64,000 bases of DNA from Lingula anatina. Its lineage: Eukaryota; Animalia; Brachiopoda. Shown piece by piece: positions 49,745 through 64,000 of this stretch. The notes beneath the pieces were generated by a model. That model was not told where the DNA came from. It was given only the letters and a program-made list of their open reading frames with translations, and did not search any database. The DNA lies in the NCBI GenBank assembly GCA_051362555.1, contig CM120640.1, positions 16,368,001-16,432,000 on the forward strand, given 5' to 3'. A program made the position numbers and the translations under genes. How positions within the stretch are numbered: the first letter of the stretch is position 1; each line of letters opens with the position of its first letter.

Positions 49745-52700
49745 CGACTTCACGTAAGTTAGGTCAAAACATAGTGCCTCAATTGTTAAAAGAAAATTAT
49801 GGCATCGTTGTTGAAAACACAATTTACGCATATTTTTGATGTTGGAAAATTTGAATGCCAATGCGAAATTACTGGTGTTTATCTGTTTAGACCCATTAAG
49901 GAATATTTCCTCCTTGGTTTGTCACCGCAAAGCGACAACACCTCAAAAATTAACTAGTGTTCTGACATTCTTGTTCATGACCGTGACATGTAACTGCACT
50001 CCAGCACTAGACGCATAAATGTACCAAAAATATTGAGCGCTCAAGTTGTTTAAGTTTCAAAACTCATAATAAACTAATAATAAAAAAAAAATTATGCTCA
50101 ACTTTTGTCTCTATGTTTACAAAGAACGTTACTTTGCCGCCATCATGGTTGACGTATCCCTCATTTTCGCAGGAAAATGCACATTTACATAGTTGAGCTG
50201 AAAGGTGGTTCTGATTTTAAGACTAGAATTGAGGTTTACTTTAATTCAAGGATCTTTCTTTAGTTTTAGTTCTAAAATATAAAATGACTTAAGAAATAAA
50301 ACATACATTTTCTCCTTTTTTTGTAACACAAACATAATACGCCAATTTTGAGGACCTTCAAATATTAATCAAAGGTAAAAGCAGAAAGCAAAATATTTTG
50401 TCCTTAAAATAAGAAATATGATATTGGCCCCAGATGACCGCCAAGTACTTTTACAGCAAAGAGCCTGTAGCTTGTGTGCTGTAACTTGCCTAGCGGCCAG
50501 TAATTTCAATCGCAAGGTACATGTCGGACGTCAACCACGATAACCGCAAATTACATTGCGAAAGTTTCCCCCTGTTTGTATCATCAACCACGATAACCGC
50601 AAATTACATTGCGAAAGTTTCCCCCTGTTTGTATCAAAAACACTTGAAATCGTTTAAATGATTTACGGTCCTCGGGTCTAAGTACCCACATGAAGCTCGG
50701 CCTCATCTTATAAAATTCAGAGTACCACCCAGTCACAAACTGGTGGTACAATAAATTACTTAATTAATTAATTGATGAAATAGCATCCTTTGTCGCGTAT
50801 TGGTGTACCTTGCTCTCACACTGGGGCTGACACAGACGCTTGTCGTATTGTTTTTATTGCCAGCGGCAGCAGTGCAAGCCTTAAGACTGTAGATTCCGCC
50901 CACTGGATACAAAAGTATGGCATATAAAAGTGCATTTAATTTAATTTAATTATATCAAGCCTATTCAAGTTCATTACCACAAAACAGTTACGTTTAGCCT
51001 CTGGTTGATGATAAATGTGTAAAAACTACTAATATGCAGAAATGTTGGAAGATATAAGACAATTTAATATGGTAATCAATGTTAGATTGTCAATGAAGAG
51101 TGACGAGTGCAAGCGTGACTCATCGTGACAGTGCTGATTTATTGTTGAAAACCTTTCTCGATGATGAAATTGAACTCTGCTGAGTAATAGATGTTCACAT
51201 AGTGGAGGATAAATCGATCATTGGTCATGACGGGGGGAGGTCACAAGTCGTACCAAAACTCTTCTACGCGGTTGATCTAGTACCTTCGTCTTTGGATTCA
51301 TATTATCACAGGCCTGGGCCTAATAATTTGAATAAAACCATGCGTTTTTTTTTCTTTGAAGTTGATAGCCCGGCGAGGTCTTGTTCCGACGACAAACTTG
51401 GTGCGTAACCAGAATAAAAATGATTTTACCGGCAGATACAGTATACAGCATTGTGGAGGGGAGGACGCAGGGCAGGGGTAAATGAAAAATGATTAAAGAC
51501 AATTGTGCCAATATATGCAAGGCACAGGAATGAATAACTTGTACGATTTTTTTGCTTCGTTTGTTATTTAAAAAATGGGGAGAGAGAAGGGGGACAAGAA
51601 GGTACCTCCGAAGCGAAGGGGGGGAGGCACTGTGTTTCCCTGGATCTGCCATTAAATTTTATTCTCCAATACGAAAGAAATCAATTTCATTTTGTTAACC
51701 CTCTCAGAACATTGAAGCGCCGGACTATCAGAAGAAGCCCTTTCAGCAAACTTCGATAACCTGTAGTAATCCATTAATAAGACCCTGGGTAAAAGGGTTG
51801 CAGACACTTTGCTGATATCTTAAAGTGTAACAACAAACCTGATTTGACCACCTTATCGACAGGTAGCTGAGCCACGTGCGCCATGTGCCCAATCACGGAG
51901 AAGATGACAAAGCCACCATATACACTAGACAAACCGTTCACAATGGGGATGAGCAAAGCATCTCTGAAACACAAGGTATGCACATATGACCTATAACTTG
52001 TATGCAGTGAATCTGCAGTAGTATTCATGAACGCGATTTTATTGACTTACTGATATATTGAGAATATTTTTTTGCATGTTGCCAGTACGTTGAGCACTCG
52101 TTTGTCTTTTATTTAAAAAAGGTTAAGCAATCCGTACACAAATCACACTGACCTTTTGATGTTGTTATGGAAATTGTTGTAGCCGGCCATAATGATTGGA
52201 CCTCCCCAACCGGCTCCGAGAGAGAAGAACACTTGTAGGCCCGCTTCGCACCACACCTGTAATATTCGCTTTTTGTATTTGGTGTAACCGGTCATCTGTT
52301 CACACCTCATTTGTTTAAAAGACTTTTTGATTCCCCCCTTTCAATTGAAATTGGTAATGAGAACGCTAATTTACCAGTAAGTGACATTCTGCAACGGTAA
52401 TGGAGGACAGGGAGTATCTACCATAGCAACCTTTTTGATACCCCCCCTTCCCCCGTCTTCAATCGAAATTGGTAATGAAAACGCTAATTTACCAGTAATT
52501 ATGCGACATTCTGCAACGCCGATGGAGGAGGGGATATCATAGCAAAAGAACAGATCCAATAAAACAGCGATGATCAACAGAATTTTACCTTAAATTCGGC
52601 AATCTTTGTGAAATTAGGAACAAGGTAAAACTTTACACCCTCCAAAGATCCGGGCAGTGTAGCTCCCCGCACCATCAGTATGGTGAGGCAAATATACGGC

Positions 52701-55700
52701 AGTGTTGCTGTAAAATATACAACCTGTAAAATATTTAAAGTAAAATTAGCATGATTTAACAGATGTGATCAGTACAATCGTAAGCACACAAGACAACAAA
52801 GATAATTATCTGCATTTATCTAAAATCTCAGCGTATCATGATAAACCAATACCGTTTTGCCAATTTTTGGTCCATGATGCCAACTACAGATTTCCACTTT
52901 TTATAGTCAAGAATATCAAGTGACATTTGCTGCTTCAGTTGACTAAGAAAAAAAATTACTTACTACTCCAGTTGACTTGACGCCTTTGCTTAAACACAGG
53001 AAAGTTATGAGCCAGGCCACTGTTAGGCATACCAACAGCTGCCAACGAATGGTCCCCAGATCCTCTATACCAGACGACATTCCAAGTACCATAGACCTAG
53101 GTAACAAATGACGTATTAACAGTTGGTGACAATATTGGCTACGTTTCTACAGGGCGACATTATTATTTTATATCAAAGTCACTTTAATTGAAATTGCACT
53201 GGAAGTCGTGGATCTAATCCTCACATTTGGCGCCTTGGTTGGAAACATTTGACGAATAAGCTTTGTCGTTTCATTGGTTGACGTTACCGTGAGATCTTCA
53301 CATTGGAATTTTTTTCTATCCACACACTACTTCTATATCATCAATCCTTACAATCGTGACAAATAGGCCCAGAACTATCATACTAAAACAGACCTATGTT
53401 GTATTGTACTCACTGCCAGAATTCCTCAGCTGGGCTGGTGGTAGTATTACAGCCAGGGATTAGAGAGCCTTGAGTCAAACCAACCAAACCACCACTGCTC
53501 TGGTTCGCAGTCCCGAACACTACCTCCGCCAAGGATCTGTTGTCCCCCGACATCGTCCCGAAGTCACTGTAGGTGAAAACGGCACTGCTGTTCAGAGGCA
53601 TGCTAGAATTGCTGCCGGTGGAATTGCTGCGAATTTGACCGGCGTCAACAGAGGAGAGGCAGCAGTCAGAGTTCCACTCGTTCCCACAGTTTCCCCACGG
53701 GACCTCGGCGGCGAACGACATCCCGAGGAAATACAGTACCCACGCCATGATGACGTTGTAGTAGATACAGGTTATACCAGACACGAATATCATGCCATAG
53801 CCTAGACCTGCAATGGGAGATTTCAAGGAAACTGGTCCATCAATTAATTGTATTTGATTGTTCACTTGGAGTGGCCCTTAAATTTCACAAACGGGCTTGT
53901 GAAAATGTATGCTTTTAGGATTTATTTTAACTATTTCTTTAACCTGACTCTTTTTTTTCAGAAGAGTAGGTTACTCTACAGCCACGCGATGCAGGTAGTC
54001 GTATAACTCGGTCGATTTTCTACACCGATAGACCGGAACTGCTTTATCACACTGATGGACGAGTAATAAAAACCCTCCTGTGTTTTAAAGAACGAACCTC
54101 TTGTATCAGGTCTGGTATCAGCATGCACCAACCATCAGGCCATTTATGCTCACACATATAGGCTACGCTTCTCTGACAGTTACATGTAGTTCCCGAAACT
54201 TGAAAGTAAAATTAGCCTTTGACGTGGCGATTAAGAACGGTTACTAGTACATTTACGTACCTTTGAATAAAGGACTTAGTCTCCAAAATGTGAGTGGACT
54301 GCTAGAGGAATATTGTGCCAGAGCCACTTCCAGGTAATAGAGTGGGATGGCGCAAGTAAACAGGCACACAAAATAAGGGAGCAGGAACGCACCTGAGGAG
54401 AAAAGAGTATCATCGCCATGTTTACGTTCATACTGTCATTGTCATTGTGTAAATTTTTATCGTTTATTACATTAAGAATGACGCTTGAATTCTTATTCCC
54501 ATTGCTTTACCTTACTTCATTCTGATTCATACCTCTTACAGCTGGTAGCTCAGCCCGTAGATATCAATTATGTTAAAGACGAAGGTCATTTATACGAATT
54601 AACATTGATATTCACATATTTGTGTATCCCAAATTTGATTTACAAAGCGCAGAATACGACTTAAAATTGACCTATTACGACATTTCTCGTTTTGGCTCTG
54701 CGCACGTTAAGAAAATGAGTACTTCTATTAACATTTACGTATTATAACTTTGCTCATGTGTTTTTAAAGCAACGACCTTCTGTAATTATTGTTTATATGT
54801 AGTAGTATAACTCAACTGTGAAGTTCAACGTTTTGACACATACGTCGATATGGGGATTGACATGATAAGATGCTAAGTAACTAAGTAAACTGGTTAATCT
54901 GGTAAACAACACACCACAAAAAAGTATGTGTGTCAGTGTGTCTTAAGTTCATGCACCGACCTTAGAGATTTCACAAGATGGATGTCTTCAAAACATCGCA
55001 AGTGTATTTCAGGTGTGGAAATATGCCTATCAACTTCATACATGTACATGTAGGACACAATAAATGCTGTTAAAATGAGAGCAATACTGTGCCAAACATG
55101 TTCAGGATCCAATTTATAAAAAAGAGAAAAAATGTTCGAATTACAACCATCGAATGTTCAAAACCTAAAGCCTCAATTATTAACGCTTTTTATTGGTCAA
55201 TTTTTTAAAATAGCTCGTACATATAAGGTGTCAACCAGAAAGCCTCTTTGTGGCTTCGGTTGTGAAGCATACTTCTGATTGTTTTGGAAATGCTTCCTGT
55301 CTTTCGGCATAAAAATAACATCCTTTGAAAAGGCTATGTTTAAGACTGATAATTATTGTGGGAAAATTGTCGCATTTTAGATTGTGTTAAGCGTACGTGT
55401 AGTTTTGATACTGGCAGGAGTTTGGATGAATTTGTGACTGGTTTTGTTACAGGTTTTGCCAAGCTTGTGTTTTAGATAATATATGAAGATGAGATTCACA
55501 GATCCATGTCCGAATATTGCTCACGTTGGCCGAAATGGTCCTTTAAGGATAAACCACAAGCAACAAACATATTTTCTTTTTATTTTTTGCAATTGGTCAG
55601 TAGTGAAGGTTTCTTCAACTGACTTAAAATCGTCAGAAATCAAATGGCACCAATTAAGAGACTAGTCAGTTAAAAAACCTGGCCAGGATATGTAAGTGCA

Positions 55701-58700
55701 CTTTGTTGAATTGTACTGAAATATCTTCTTCAAAATTTGTTTGGCAAATGAACTGGCGTTGAAAAGAAGCCAGGAAGCATGGGCACGGATTGACAACTAC
55801 AAGTTTTTCATATCCGATCACTGAACTCCATCAACTGTCACCATGGCATCGACTGACTATAATATTCATACCTTTCCACTCAGAATCATCCAAGCACGGA
55901 CAGAAACGCAAATAAGCAGCGTGCTACACGATTTAATAAAGTGTTGTGAAAAATAAAGCTTATGTAAATCACGTGCCGAAACACGCATGTCAACCAACTG
56001 CCAGGTACCTCCCTTATTTGTCATAAATATGACAAAATCATATTTGTATGATAGCCTGCTTCATGTATGTACAGGTAGATCATTCATTTTCCGAAGATAA
56101 GTGGCAGGAGTTGAAAATCTTGACAGTCGTGCCCACGTACACACGCCATTCTGCTTAATGTGGACTACTGGACTGGGACTCTGAAAAAACCATAGCTAGG
56201 AAATTCACTCAAGATCTAGGATCCATCTTGGATTCTAGTTTAGGCGAAGAACTTTTGTTTAGATCGACCCACACCTGTGTAACAGGATAGAAGTCCTAGG
56301 AATGAAAGTCCAGGGCCCCATCTATTTGTATAGGTTAGGGTTAGTTGAAGTATTGGGGTTAGTATAGTATATGGGACGAATGTCACCTGTACAAAGTAAT
56401 GGGAAGCGAACTTCCATTCCCATAACACCGGTTCACGTCCACAACACATTACCCGGCAACACAATTTATGTCTCCTCCATCCCAGTGCATCACAAACTTG
56501 CATATTCCCGTTCATAGCAAAAGAGAATGCAACAAAGACTATCGGGTGTTCGTGATTTGGCCAAACAAGGCCGCTTTTATTAAATAAACTCACTATCCTA
56601 ATAATTTTAACAATAATAACAATGTGGCAAATAACACAATTTAAATGTGTCAGTGATATTGGTCTCTCTGCACAAAACCGCCAAGGTTTCTAAATGATAT
56701 AGGGAATGGGTCATTCTACGGACTGGTAGCTGCACCTAAGACCACTGAACCACTGAATAATTTATTCACCAAGCGGCTTAATTAAGACTTAAACTAGTGA
56801 CGACCAATTTTGATGCACATGGTTCGTCCATCTGTGCAAAGCATATACTTCATACAGACCCCTATCATATTAGAATCTCTGGGTCAATTATCACTCCACA
56901 TATGAAACATATCCGCATATCATAATAAACAATAGCTGATTTATAAAAGCAGACATTTTATTTTCAGTACCTAAGTGTAAACAGAAAAGGAAAATGTCAC
57001 CAGACTCAGTCACACTCCTCTAGGTCAAAACTGTCAAAACATGAGTGTTTTGTGCCTACTAAGTAGCAAGTGCGCCACAAACTAGGCTTTCCGTTCAGTG
57101 GCTTTTGCATGTATATATGCAACCAGCAAATGTCAGCATCAGAAAAACCTGGTGAATTTTCCCACGCAACATGTTAAATGGGACCTTGGTTTCATAAATG
57201 ACATGCATTTTAGAAAAACCTTAGGGGCCATTCCCAGACCCTGCCGTGATAACTGTGGATCAATTTATCTCCAAGGGGATTCTCGCTAAATTGCAATCAA
57301 GTTAAGAGGCTAAGATGTCTGACACGCCTACTGAAGCTTTTTGGGTGTTATTAACTATCGTTTAGCAGCTTCAGTAGGCGTGCCAGACATCTAAGCCGCT
57401 TAAGCTGAATGCAATTTAGCAAGAAACCCCTTAGAGATGGATCGATCTTGTTAGATCGATTTAGGTATGGGAACCCAGTCTTAGGCATATGTCCTTCCTT
57501 TAATTATGTAATCAACTAAAGCAGCTGAATAGTTTACTGGACTTGTAAAGCTCTCTGCGTTTGGCCGACTGCCAGTGACAACAACAATAGTTAGGACATG
57601 TTTTTTGTGGTATTATATCAATCGAAAATATCCCCGTCTACTGTTTGTCTTAAATACCGTTGATAGCGTGATTTTGTCACTTAACGGTGGGAAGCGGGCA
57701 TGAAGTAAATAAATGATCTGATAACTTTAATCAAAGAATTCATAAATGATGATCAATCCAAATGAAACATTGTAATTTTACTGATATTGTTGCGTTTTCA
57801 ATGTTAAATGGTCTGAAGTCAACATTATAGGGCACTGAATATCAGAAAAAAAAACATATAACTTCTGACTGTGTTACCACTTAGTAAAATAAGTTGCTGG
57901 ACCGAATGGGGAGCTGGTCACAAAAGAAACTGGATCGAAGGCCCGACAGGTAGGCGTAGCCCACCCGCTGTCAGCCGAAGGCTGACGTGAATGGGGGTTT
58001 GGGGTGATGTCCCTCAAGAAAATTTAGTAAATTTGAAGCAAAATGGTGAACTTTGATAACATTTTAAGCAAGAAAAGTGCAATATTTATCTTGTACAATG
58101 TACCTATTTTAATGCCTGGGAATATAATTTTCTTGGAGGGGACTATTAAATATTAAATAATTTTAAACAGTGTGTGTGTGTGTGTTATAGAAACTTATTT
58201 GTCCACCTGAAATTTTACATATTAAACAGTGCTTAAAATTGTATTTACAAGTTTAGACCTCAAGATACTGAACTACATATGTGTGTTTAACTAAGGATTT
58301 TCATGTTTCTAATGATGGAAGGTGCTATTAACAAAATTTTGAAATTTTGAAGCTAGAAGGTGAACTTTGGTGGTATCTCCACCAAGAAAATTACAATAAT
58401 TCTATAGGCCTATGCGTAATAGCCTCCATTTTTGTGGAACCCTCAAGTCTTATAAATGTATAACTTAACGGACTAAAAATTGGACTAAGTAATGCAGGGC
58501 ATGACAAAAAACTATTTTCAGACTCTAGATACGTCGGTCAAGAAGGTCTGAAAATCTGCTAATCTGAAAATTGCCCCACACCCCACTCTCAAAAATTGCC
58601 TTTTCAAACATAGATGATAGAATGTTTGTTCTTATATGTTTAGGTCGACCAAACTGTCTCAGTGCCTCGAAAATGTTTTTATACAGTGCAGAGGCAGTAC

Positions 58701-60734
58701 ATGTACAATGACGCTATATTTCTCACGCAGAATATCATAATTAATTAGTTGTTATAGAGCTGTTGAATATTAAATATATGATACCAGTATATATTTGATT
58801 GTTTCATATAGAAACAGTGAATTGTAAATAGTGCACCATGCAGATAAATTGAAAAACAATTCTACATGTAACAACACCAAATTAATGTATTTGCTCAGAA
58901 CACAAGGGACCTCTGTTAAGCTCTTTGGTTAATTAGAATCACATTGTCCTTGTTAATGACCAAGGATTGGTCTGTGGTACGTTTACGGCCTATTTTACAT
59001 CACGGGGACTCGTGGGGGGATTTTCCACATAAACCGGTTTTGATCCTGCTACAAATGATTTTAGATTCTTTAAAAGACACAAGCGTTCCAGCACATCACT
59101 TAGAGGATGGGGCTGACAGGTACGGCGTGTTTATGCGTTATTTTTAGTCTTACATCCTTTTCTACTACGAACAAAGTATGGCAGTTGGGCCATCCATCAT
59201 CTTTGAGTTTTAGTGACAGTGCCTTTATTAAAATAATAGCGCATATATCCAATATAGATAGCCATATTGCGTATAGCGTTAATACAAGTATTATAATCGA
59301 ATACGAAGTAAATAATGGAGATATAAGTAAAGGTAGGATAAGACCCATAAAACAGCACGCTTTCTAACCTCAACATCATGAAATACACGCCAAGGAACAG
59401 ACGCTGTGAATTAACCTTCAAAACGCCGTAGGCATCCTGATAATATGATGATTAAGTAGCTTATAAATGAATATATATTCGACTGACCAGTACTTTTCCA
59501 CAGTACCTGTAACTATACAGGTTGACAGCGCTTTTACGGCCCTGTCATTTCAACATAATAGCATGGGGTGATTGCTAGGCCGATGAGTCTTAATCCCACT
59601 ATACAGAATATCAACTGTCCATCTCCAGTTGAACGCACTCCCGATCAGAAAGAAAAAAATAACGAACTGGTCACTACTAACTGGCCAGGTACTTTTCCAC
59701 AGTATCAATATCAGTACTTCTATAGACGATCCCGACGGTGTTTTCAAAACTCGGTAGATACACCTTTAATAATAGAATGCATGGGTTTGTTGGTGTTTGT
59801 GCATGGATGCGTGCGAGAAAGTTGATGGTGCGTGCGTGTGTGTGCATGTGACTGCGTGAGCGAGTTTATGCGTAGGTGCGTGCTTTAGTATTTATTTACA
59901 TTCTTGACGTGTAGTCAGGAGATTTCATGGGAAAATGAAAGGCCTATTTCACCTTAAACTTATTTCCACTATCAGTTGAGAGGTTTTATGACCTCTGAAC
60001 TCAAATCATTTAACCCTTCTCACCCTTTAATTTTAGAGCAAACACAAAAAAACTTAAACAAAATATTCCTTTCAAAATGAAATGGAACATTATTACGTAA
60101 AGTATTTATCCACGATCACCGCTTCCAAAAAGTAGGATAATTTCACTTGTATTTTGCTTTCACGCTCGCCTGTATTTTTATGTGTATTTTTTCGGTGTGT
60201 TCATCTTAGAATGTTCTTAGCGGCAGCCGTGGGATAAGTCAGTTTTGCGCCTCGACATAAATTATGCTCTTGATTGTCGCATACATTGCACGACTCGTAA
60301 AGTAACTAAACATAACCAACATACATAACCAACAACTTAAACCCCGTTTTTACGCCCAGATGATCATCTAGTGACTACTCACCTCCCCCATTCCTCATGC
60401 ACAGATAGGGAAATCTGTATAGATTTCCAAGTCCGACGCAATACCCTATCCCTGACATGATAAAATCGAACTGCCGGGTCCATTTTTCCCTCTTAGGCGT
60501 CGAACTGGTGATGGAGTTGTTGTCATCGTCATGGGTTTTCTTTGCTATACCATTTTCTGTGGACTTTTGTCGCACGAGCAGCCTTCTGATCTTCTCCATT
60601 AGCGCCATTCGGGTGTCTGACACAGAATGCTGCGATTTACACGTGTTGGGCGCTTTAACCGCAGCGCAAAAGTCAGGCGCACACGATGAATTGTCAGCTG
60701 AACTAATTGTCACACGAAGTGTGTACTTCACCAT
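45696..60734 (-). CDS. SLC6 sodium/chloride-dependent transporter, glycine transporter (GlyT)-like, paralog B
   Basis: Exons 60383-60734 (REKW...[22 protein letters not shown]; exact start uncertain), 54261-54392, 53414-53807, 52964-53096, 52589-52723, 52153-52256, 51839-51963, 48132-48244 (GC donor), 47661-47792, 47256-47355, 46910-47010, 46315-46485, 45696-45851 (TGA). The frame is intact and the intron positions match paralog A. Confidence 0.92.
48853..50751 (-). mobile_element. Putative HINE-like element related to 737-2760 but without the 146-bp array
   Basis: Left end GAGGCAGGGGACCGCCTC hairpin plus GTACCACCAG subTIR; right end GTACCACCCAG...CTGGTGGTACAAT hairpin/subTIR. Confidence 0.5.
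50531..50635. repeat. About 53-bp tandem duplication
   Basis: tcaac(c)cacgataaccgcaaattacattgcgaaagtttccccctgtttgtatca occurs twice. Confidence 0.85.
52324..52545. repeat. About 110-bp diverged tandem duplication in an intron of SLC6 paralog B
   Basis: tttttgat.ccccc...gaaattggtaatga.aacgctaatttaccagtaa...gacattctgcaacg...atggagga occurs twice. Confidence 0.75.
57224..57480. mobile_element. PIF/Harbinger-type palindromic MITE (copy of the 26547-26803 family)
   Basis: TTA TSD; same ends CCATTCCCAG.../...TGGGAACCCAGTC. Confidence 0.75.
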
Positions 60735-62994
60735 GTGTGCAAAAAATCCCCAGAGTTCTTTGTCTTAGAGGACAGAAGGCGAAACATATTACCGTTTACA
60801 TATGAGGTCGACTCTTTACCGACATTTTAGCATAATCTTTGTTATACCAATAGCTCAGCTAAATGCTCGCAATATGCGCCGGGCCTCAGTCTGTAGATGA
60901 CACAAATGTATTGCCTTTGGTTGCTGTAGTAGTTTATAAAGGAGTCATTATATTTTCTTTAATACTTTTTTCTTATGAACGGGAAAAAGAACAAAATGAA
61001 TAAGAGTTGATAATAAAAGTAATTAAACAGATGTGTATGTGGATACAGTATTTCATTTCAGTTTTACTACCATTGTTTGACGGGCAAAAGAGGAAGAGGC
61101 GTTCAGCAGAAAACCGGGTATCACATATTCAAGCAGCAATTCAATCCTCTTATATTCTTTCCTTCAAACCCGGGTAATGATACCGCTCACTTATACTGAT
61201 TGCAGTCTGTAGAAGACAAATCATACCAGATCATTCAGCAGGTACAGCTGATTTTTTTTTACTTTTGTAAGAAGTTCATACATGTACCTCATCTACTGGT
61301 ATATAGATGGCGATTTCATAAATCGGAACGTTTTTTAAATGTTGAGCTTATTGTATCTTCTTACATTTCAAAATGGCAAAAACATCAATTCATCTCTTAC
61401 AGAGAATAAATGTTAGGTGAAAATATAGATTAAATGTCAGAACGTACAAGTATGAGATTTATTGTCTTATAGGGGATACTTCATTGGCGCGACTTACATG
61501 TAGTCCCATCCTTCACCCGTGATGTTTATAATCCATTCACTATTCAATCTTGTAAAACACTGTATCACAAATTATTCTAAGATGACAGTTTTAATTTTTA
61601 AACAAGAATATTCAGGTCATATCACTATAAGTATCAATGAGAAAACTAGATTTATTTTGATACACGAAATTCAGGACAACCCCCCCCCCACACACACACA
61701 CACACACACAACCCCCCATACACACACACACAAGTGGTATTGAAGTCATAACATTGAGAATAAACAATATACAATATAGTATATGAATCTTGTCTCTCTG
61801 TGTAGCTGGACTATTTTTAACTGAAATATGTACAGAATTCCTGTCATCTGACGGGTGACAATAAACAGATACAGGTGACAAAATGAATACAGCGTGACGC
61901 ATCATACGATCCGGTGATTAACAACAGCTTGGACATATTCGATCAAGTTTCGAAGCCAATGAGAAAAGGATCGGTTTGTTAAATTACCTTGGCTTAGTAC
62001 ATTGTCCGGCGACCAAATCAAAAAGGCCTGCATATCTTTGGTCAATCCAGCTAGGAAAACCTTTATTGTATCGTAGAATACGTGAAGGTTACCGGTTAGA
62101 AACCTTAGCTGGCATAAAGACATCAAATGTGAAAGGTGGGCGAAACAAACCTGTGTCCGGTCATCTGACCCTAACGAGGGAATCTGGCAGTAAAGGCGCT
62201 CACAAATGCATTATCTCTTGTTTTGTGTTTGAATAGAATAGGGGCCACAGTCGTCATCCCGATGGCCATTCCGATACGTAAGGTTGGCGAGAATCGCCTT
62301 TTTTGAAGTCACCGCGCAAACAAGAGAACTTTCTTTGTTGGTATTTCAGGAATGCTTACTCATGGAATATCGTCCTTTTCCTCTCCATTACGTCTCCTGT
62401 TTTAAATACCGTGATACATCTTATACCATGGTACGTCTTATGCCTTAGTTTTTCGCTTACAAATATATCATACAAATTAGTAATTAATGACATAGTACCT
62501 AGTGTTTTTGTTGTTCTCTTGCCTCCCTACACAAATTTTCAGCCCAGTGAATCAAGATTGTCGGAGTTTTAATGTCTTTAAATTCCCCAAGGTATACCCG
62601 TATGATTAAAAAAAAATGACAAAAAAACATTGTTTTTCGTTACACTCAGGGGAACTGAAGGGTGAAATTATATTCTTGTAAGACAGTCGCGGCTTTGGGT
62701 CAAATATCATCGGCCACTTTAGCGGTCCCTTCTCATTAGATTCAGTCTGACAAACCGCAGCTTTTGAGACCTATAAAAGGACAAAAATACAAAAGAGCAA
62801 AAATTTTGTATCAAGTTTTTTTTTCACCTTTGGAGAAAATGAAAAGGTCTGAATTCAACTGTGACTTCAAAAACTTGATGATTACCAAACTGGTGTCAAT
62901 ATTTTTTTTTAAATATGTAAATACTTGCTGTGTGTTAGCAAAGAGAATATGCTGAAAGTGTTCATAAATTTTTTTATTTGAAATTAGTAAATGC

Positions 62995-62998
<4 letters not shown>

Positions 62999-63066
<68 letters not shown>
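62999..63066. repeat. (AT)n microsatellite
   Basis: Seen directly. Confidence 0.95.
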
Positions 63067-63069
<3 letters not shown>

Positions 63070-64000
63070 TGTGTACGTATAAATACATTTCCGCGCACCT
63101 TCTGTTACTTTCCGTATAATATAGCGATCAGATTTCTCTCAGTGGAATTTTCCTTCCTCTCATGGAAAAACACAGGACACGTATGGAAGTTCCGTCAGTT
63201 CCGGCGCAAAACAACTGAATAAAATATGTATCTAAATATAGGATGCGACTGGAGCGGGAAAACTTGTTGTGCTGGCGCAGTTGACCACAGTAACAACATG
63301 CGGGTCACGTCATAATGACCACTCGAACTAAATGTATTAGGCCTACTGATCCCTGTGCTAGAATCAATTACAGAATAACCATTATAAAGGCCAACATGTC
63401 CGTCCAGGTATACAATGCACTCCCACAATACGTTACTGACATCAATGGACAGTGCATTTCTATAATGAAGGGCAGTGCACATTAATACATTTCAAATGAG
63501 CCCGCGGCTTTGTATAGTAATAAAAGCTTTGTACAATAATAAAAGCTTCGTCAGAAAGAAAGAGAAAACCCACAATGGCCGAGGTTGTCTTAGAATGTTA
63601 ATCGACCAACGTGTCTCATAAAGAAAATAAAGTGACGGAAAATTTTCCTTCATCTTAAACTCATCATTAAGGTCACACACGCACACACACACACACACAC
63701 ACGCACCTTTTTGGGAGTGCCCCGTTTACAGACAAACAACAAAGTGAATTGTGAATTGCGGCAGCTATATTTTATTAACTGGGACAGCATGACAATAAGA
63801 TATGTTGCCGAAGTGACAAACCTCTTCAATGCAGGACACGCATACTTAATAAATAGACCATGTTATGTAGTATTACATTTCTTACCTCTTAACCTCCAGA
63901 TAATACAGCAAGCTAAGACATAACCAATTCAACTTCAATATTTCAAAACTTTAGACTGAACGTTTCCGAAACACATTATACCATTTTCTCTAACAAAAAC

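Noticed and set aside
58944-59825. Cluster of short ORFs in intron 1 of SLC6 paralog B
   Set aside because: There is no homology or coherent exon chain and no alternative TM1 exon was found.

Overview
AT-rich, intron-containing animal genomic DNA. It looks like a mollusc or other marine invertebrate; this is inferred from repeat style and the frequent TACATGTA motif, not proven. Four spliced protein-coding genes can be reconstructed by hand. (1) An SLC35E1 Golgi transporter homolog on the minus strand, with its 3' end running off the window start. (2) A complete fukutin (FKTN) homolog on the plus strand, head-to-head with SLC35E1 (617 bp between ATGs). (3-4) Two tandem minus-strand SLC6 Na+/Cl--dependent glycine-transporter-like paralogs with identical exon architecture. 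The main finding is that SLC35E1 carries two intact, diverged, tandem 138-nt copies of coding exon 3 (10154-10291 and 9671-9808). These look like mutually exclusive exons that swap TM5-TM6, including a putative substrate-pocket residue. Introns hold many non-autonomous transposons. These include Helentron/HINE-like elements whose 146-bp satellite is packed with nuclear-receptor AGGTCA sites, a Kolobok-like element nested in a 9-bp-TSD MITE, PIF/Harbinger MITEs, and a tiny TGT...ACA element. Most ORFs in the supplied track are spurious or are single exons read through into introns.
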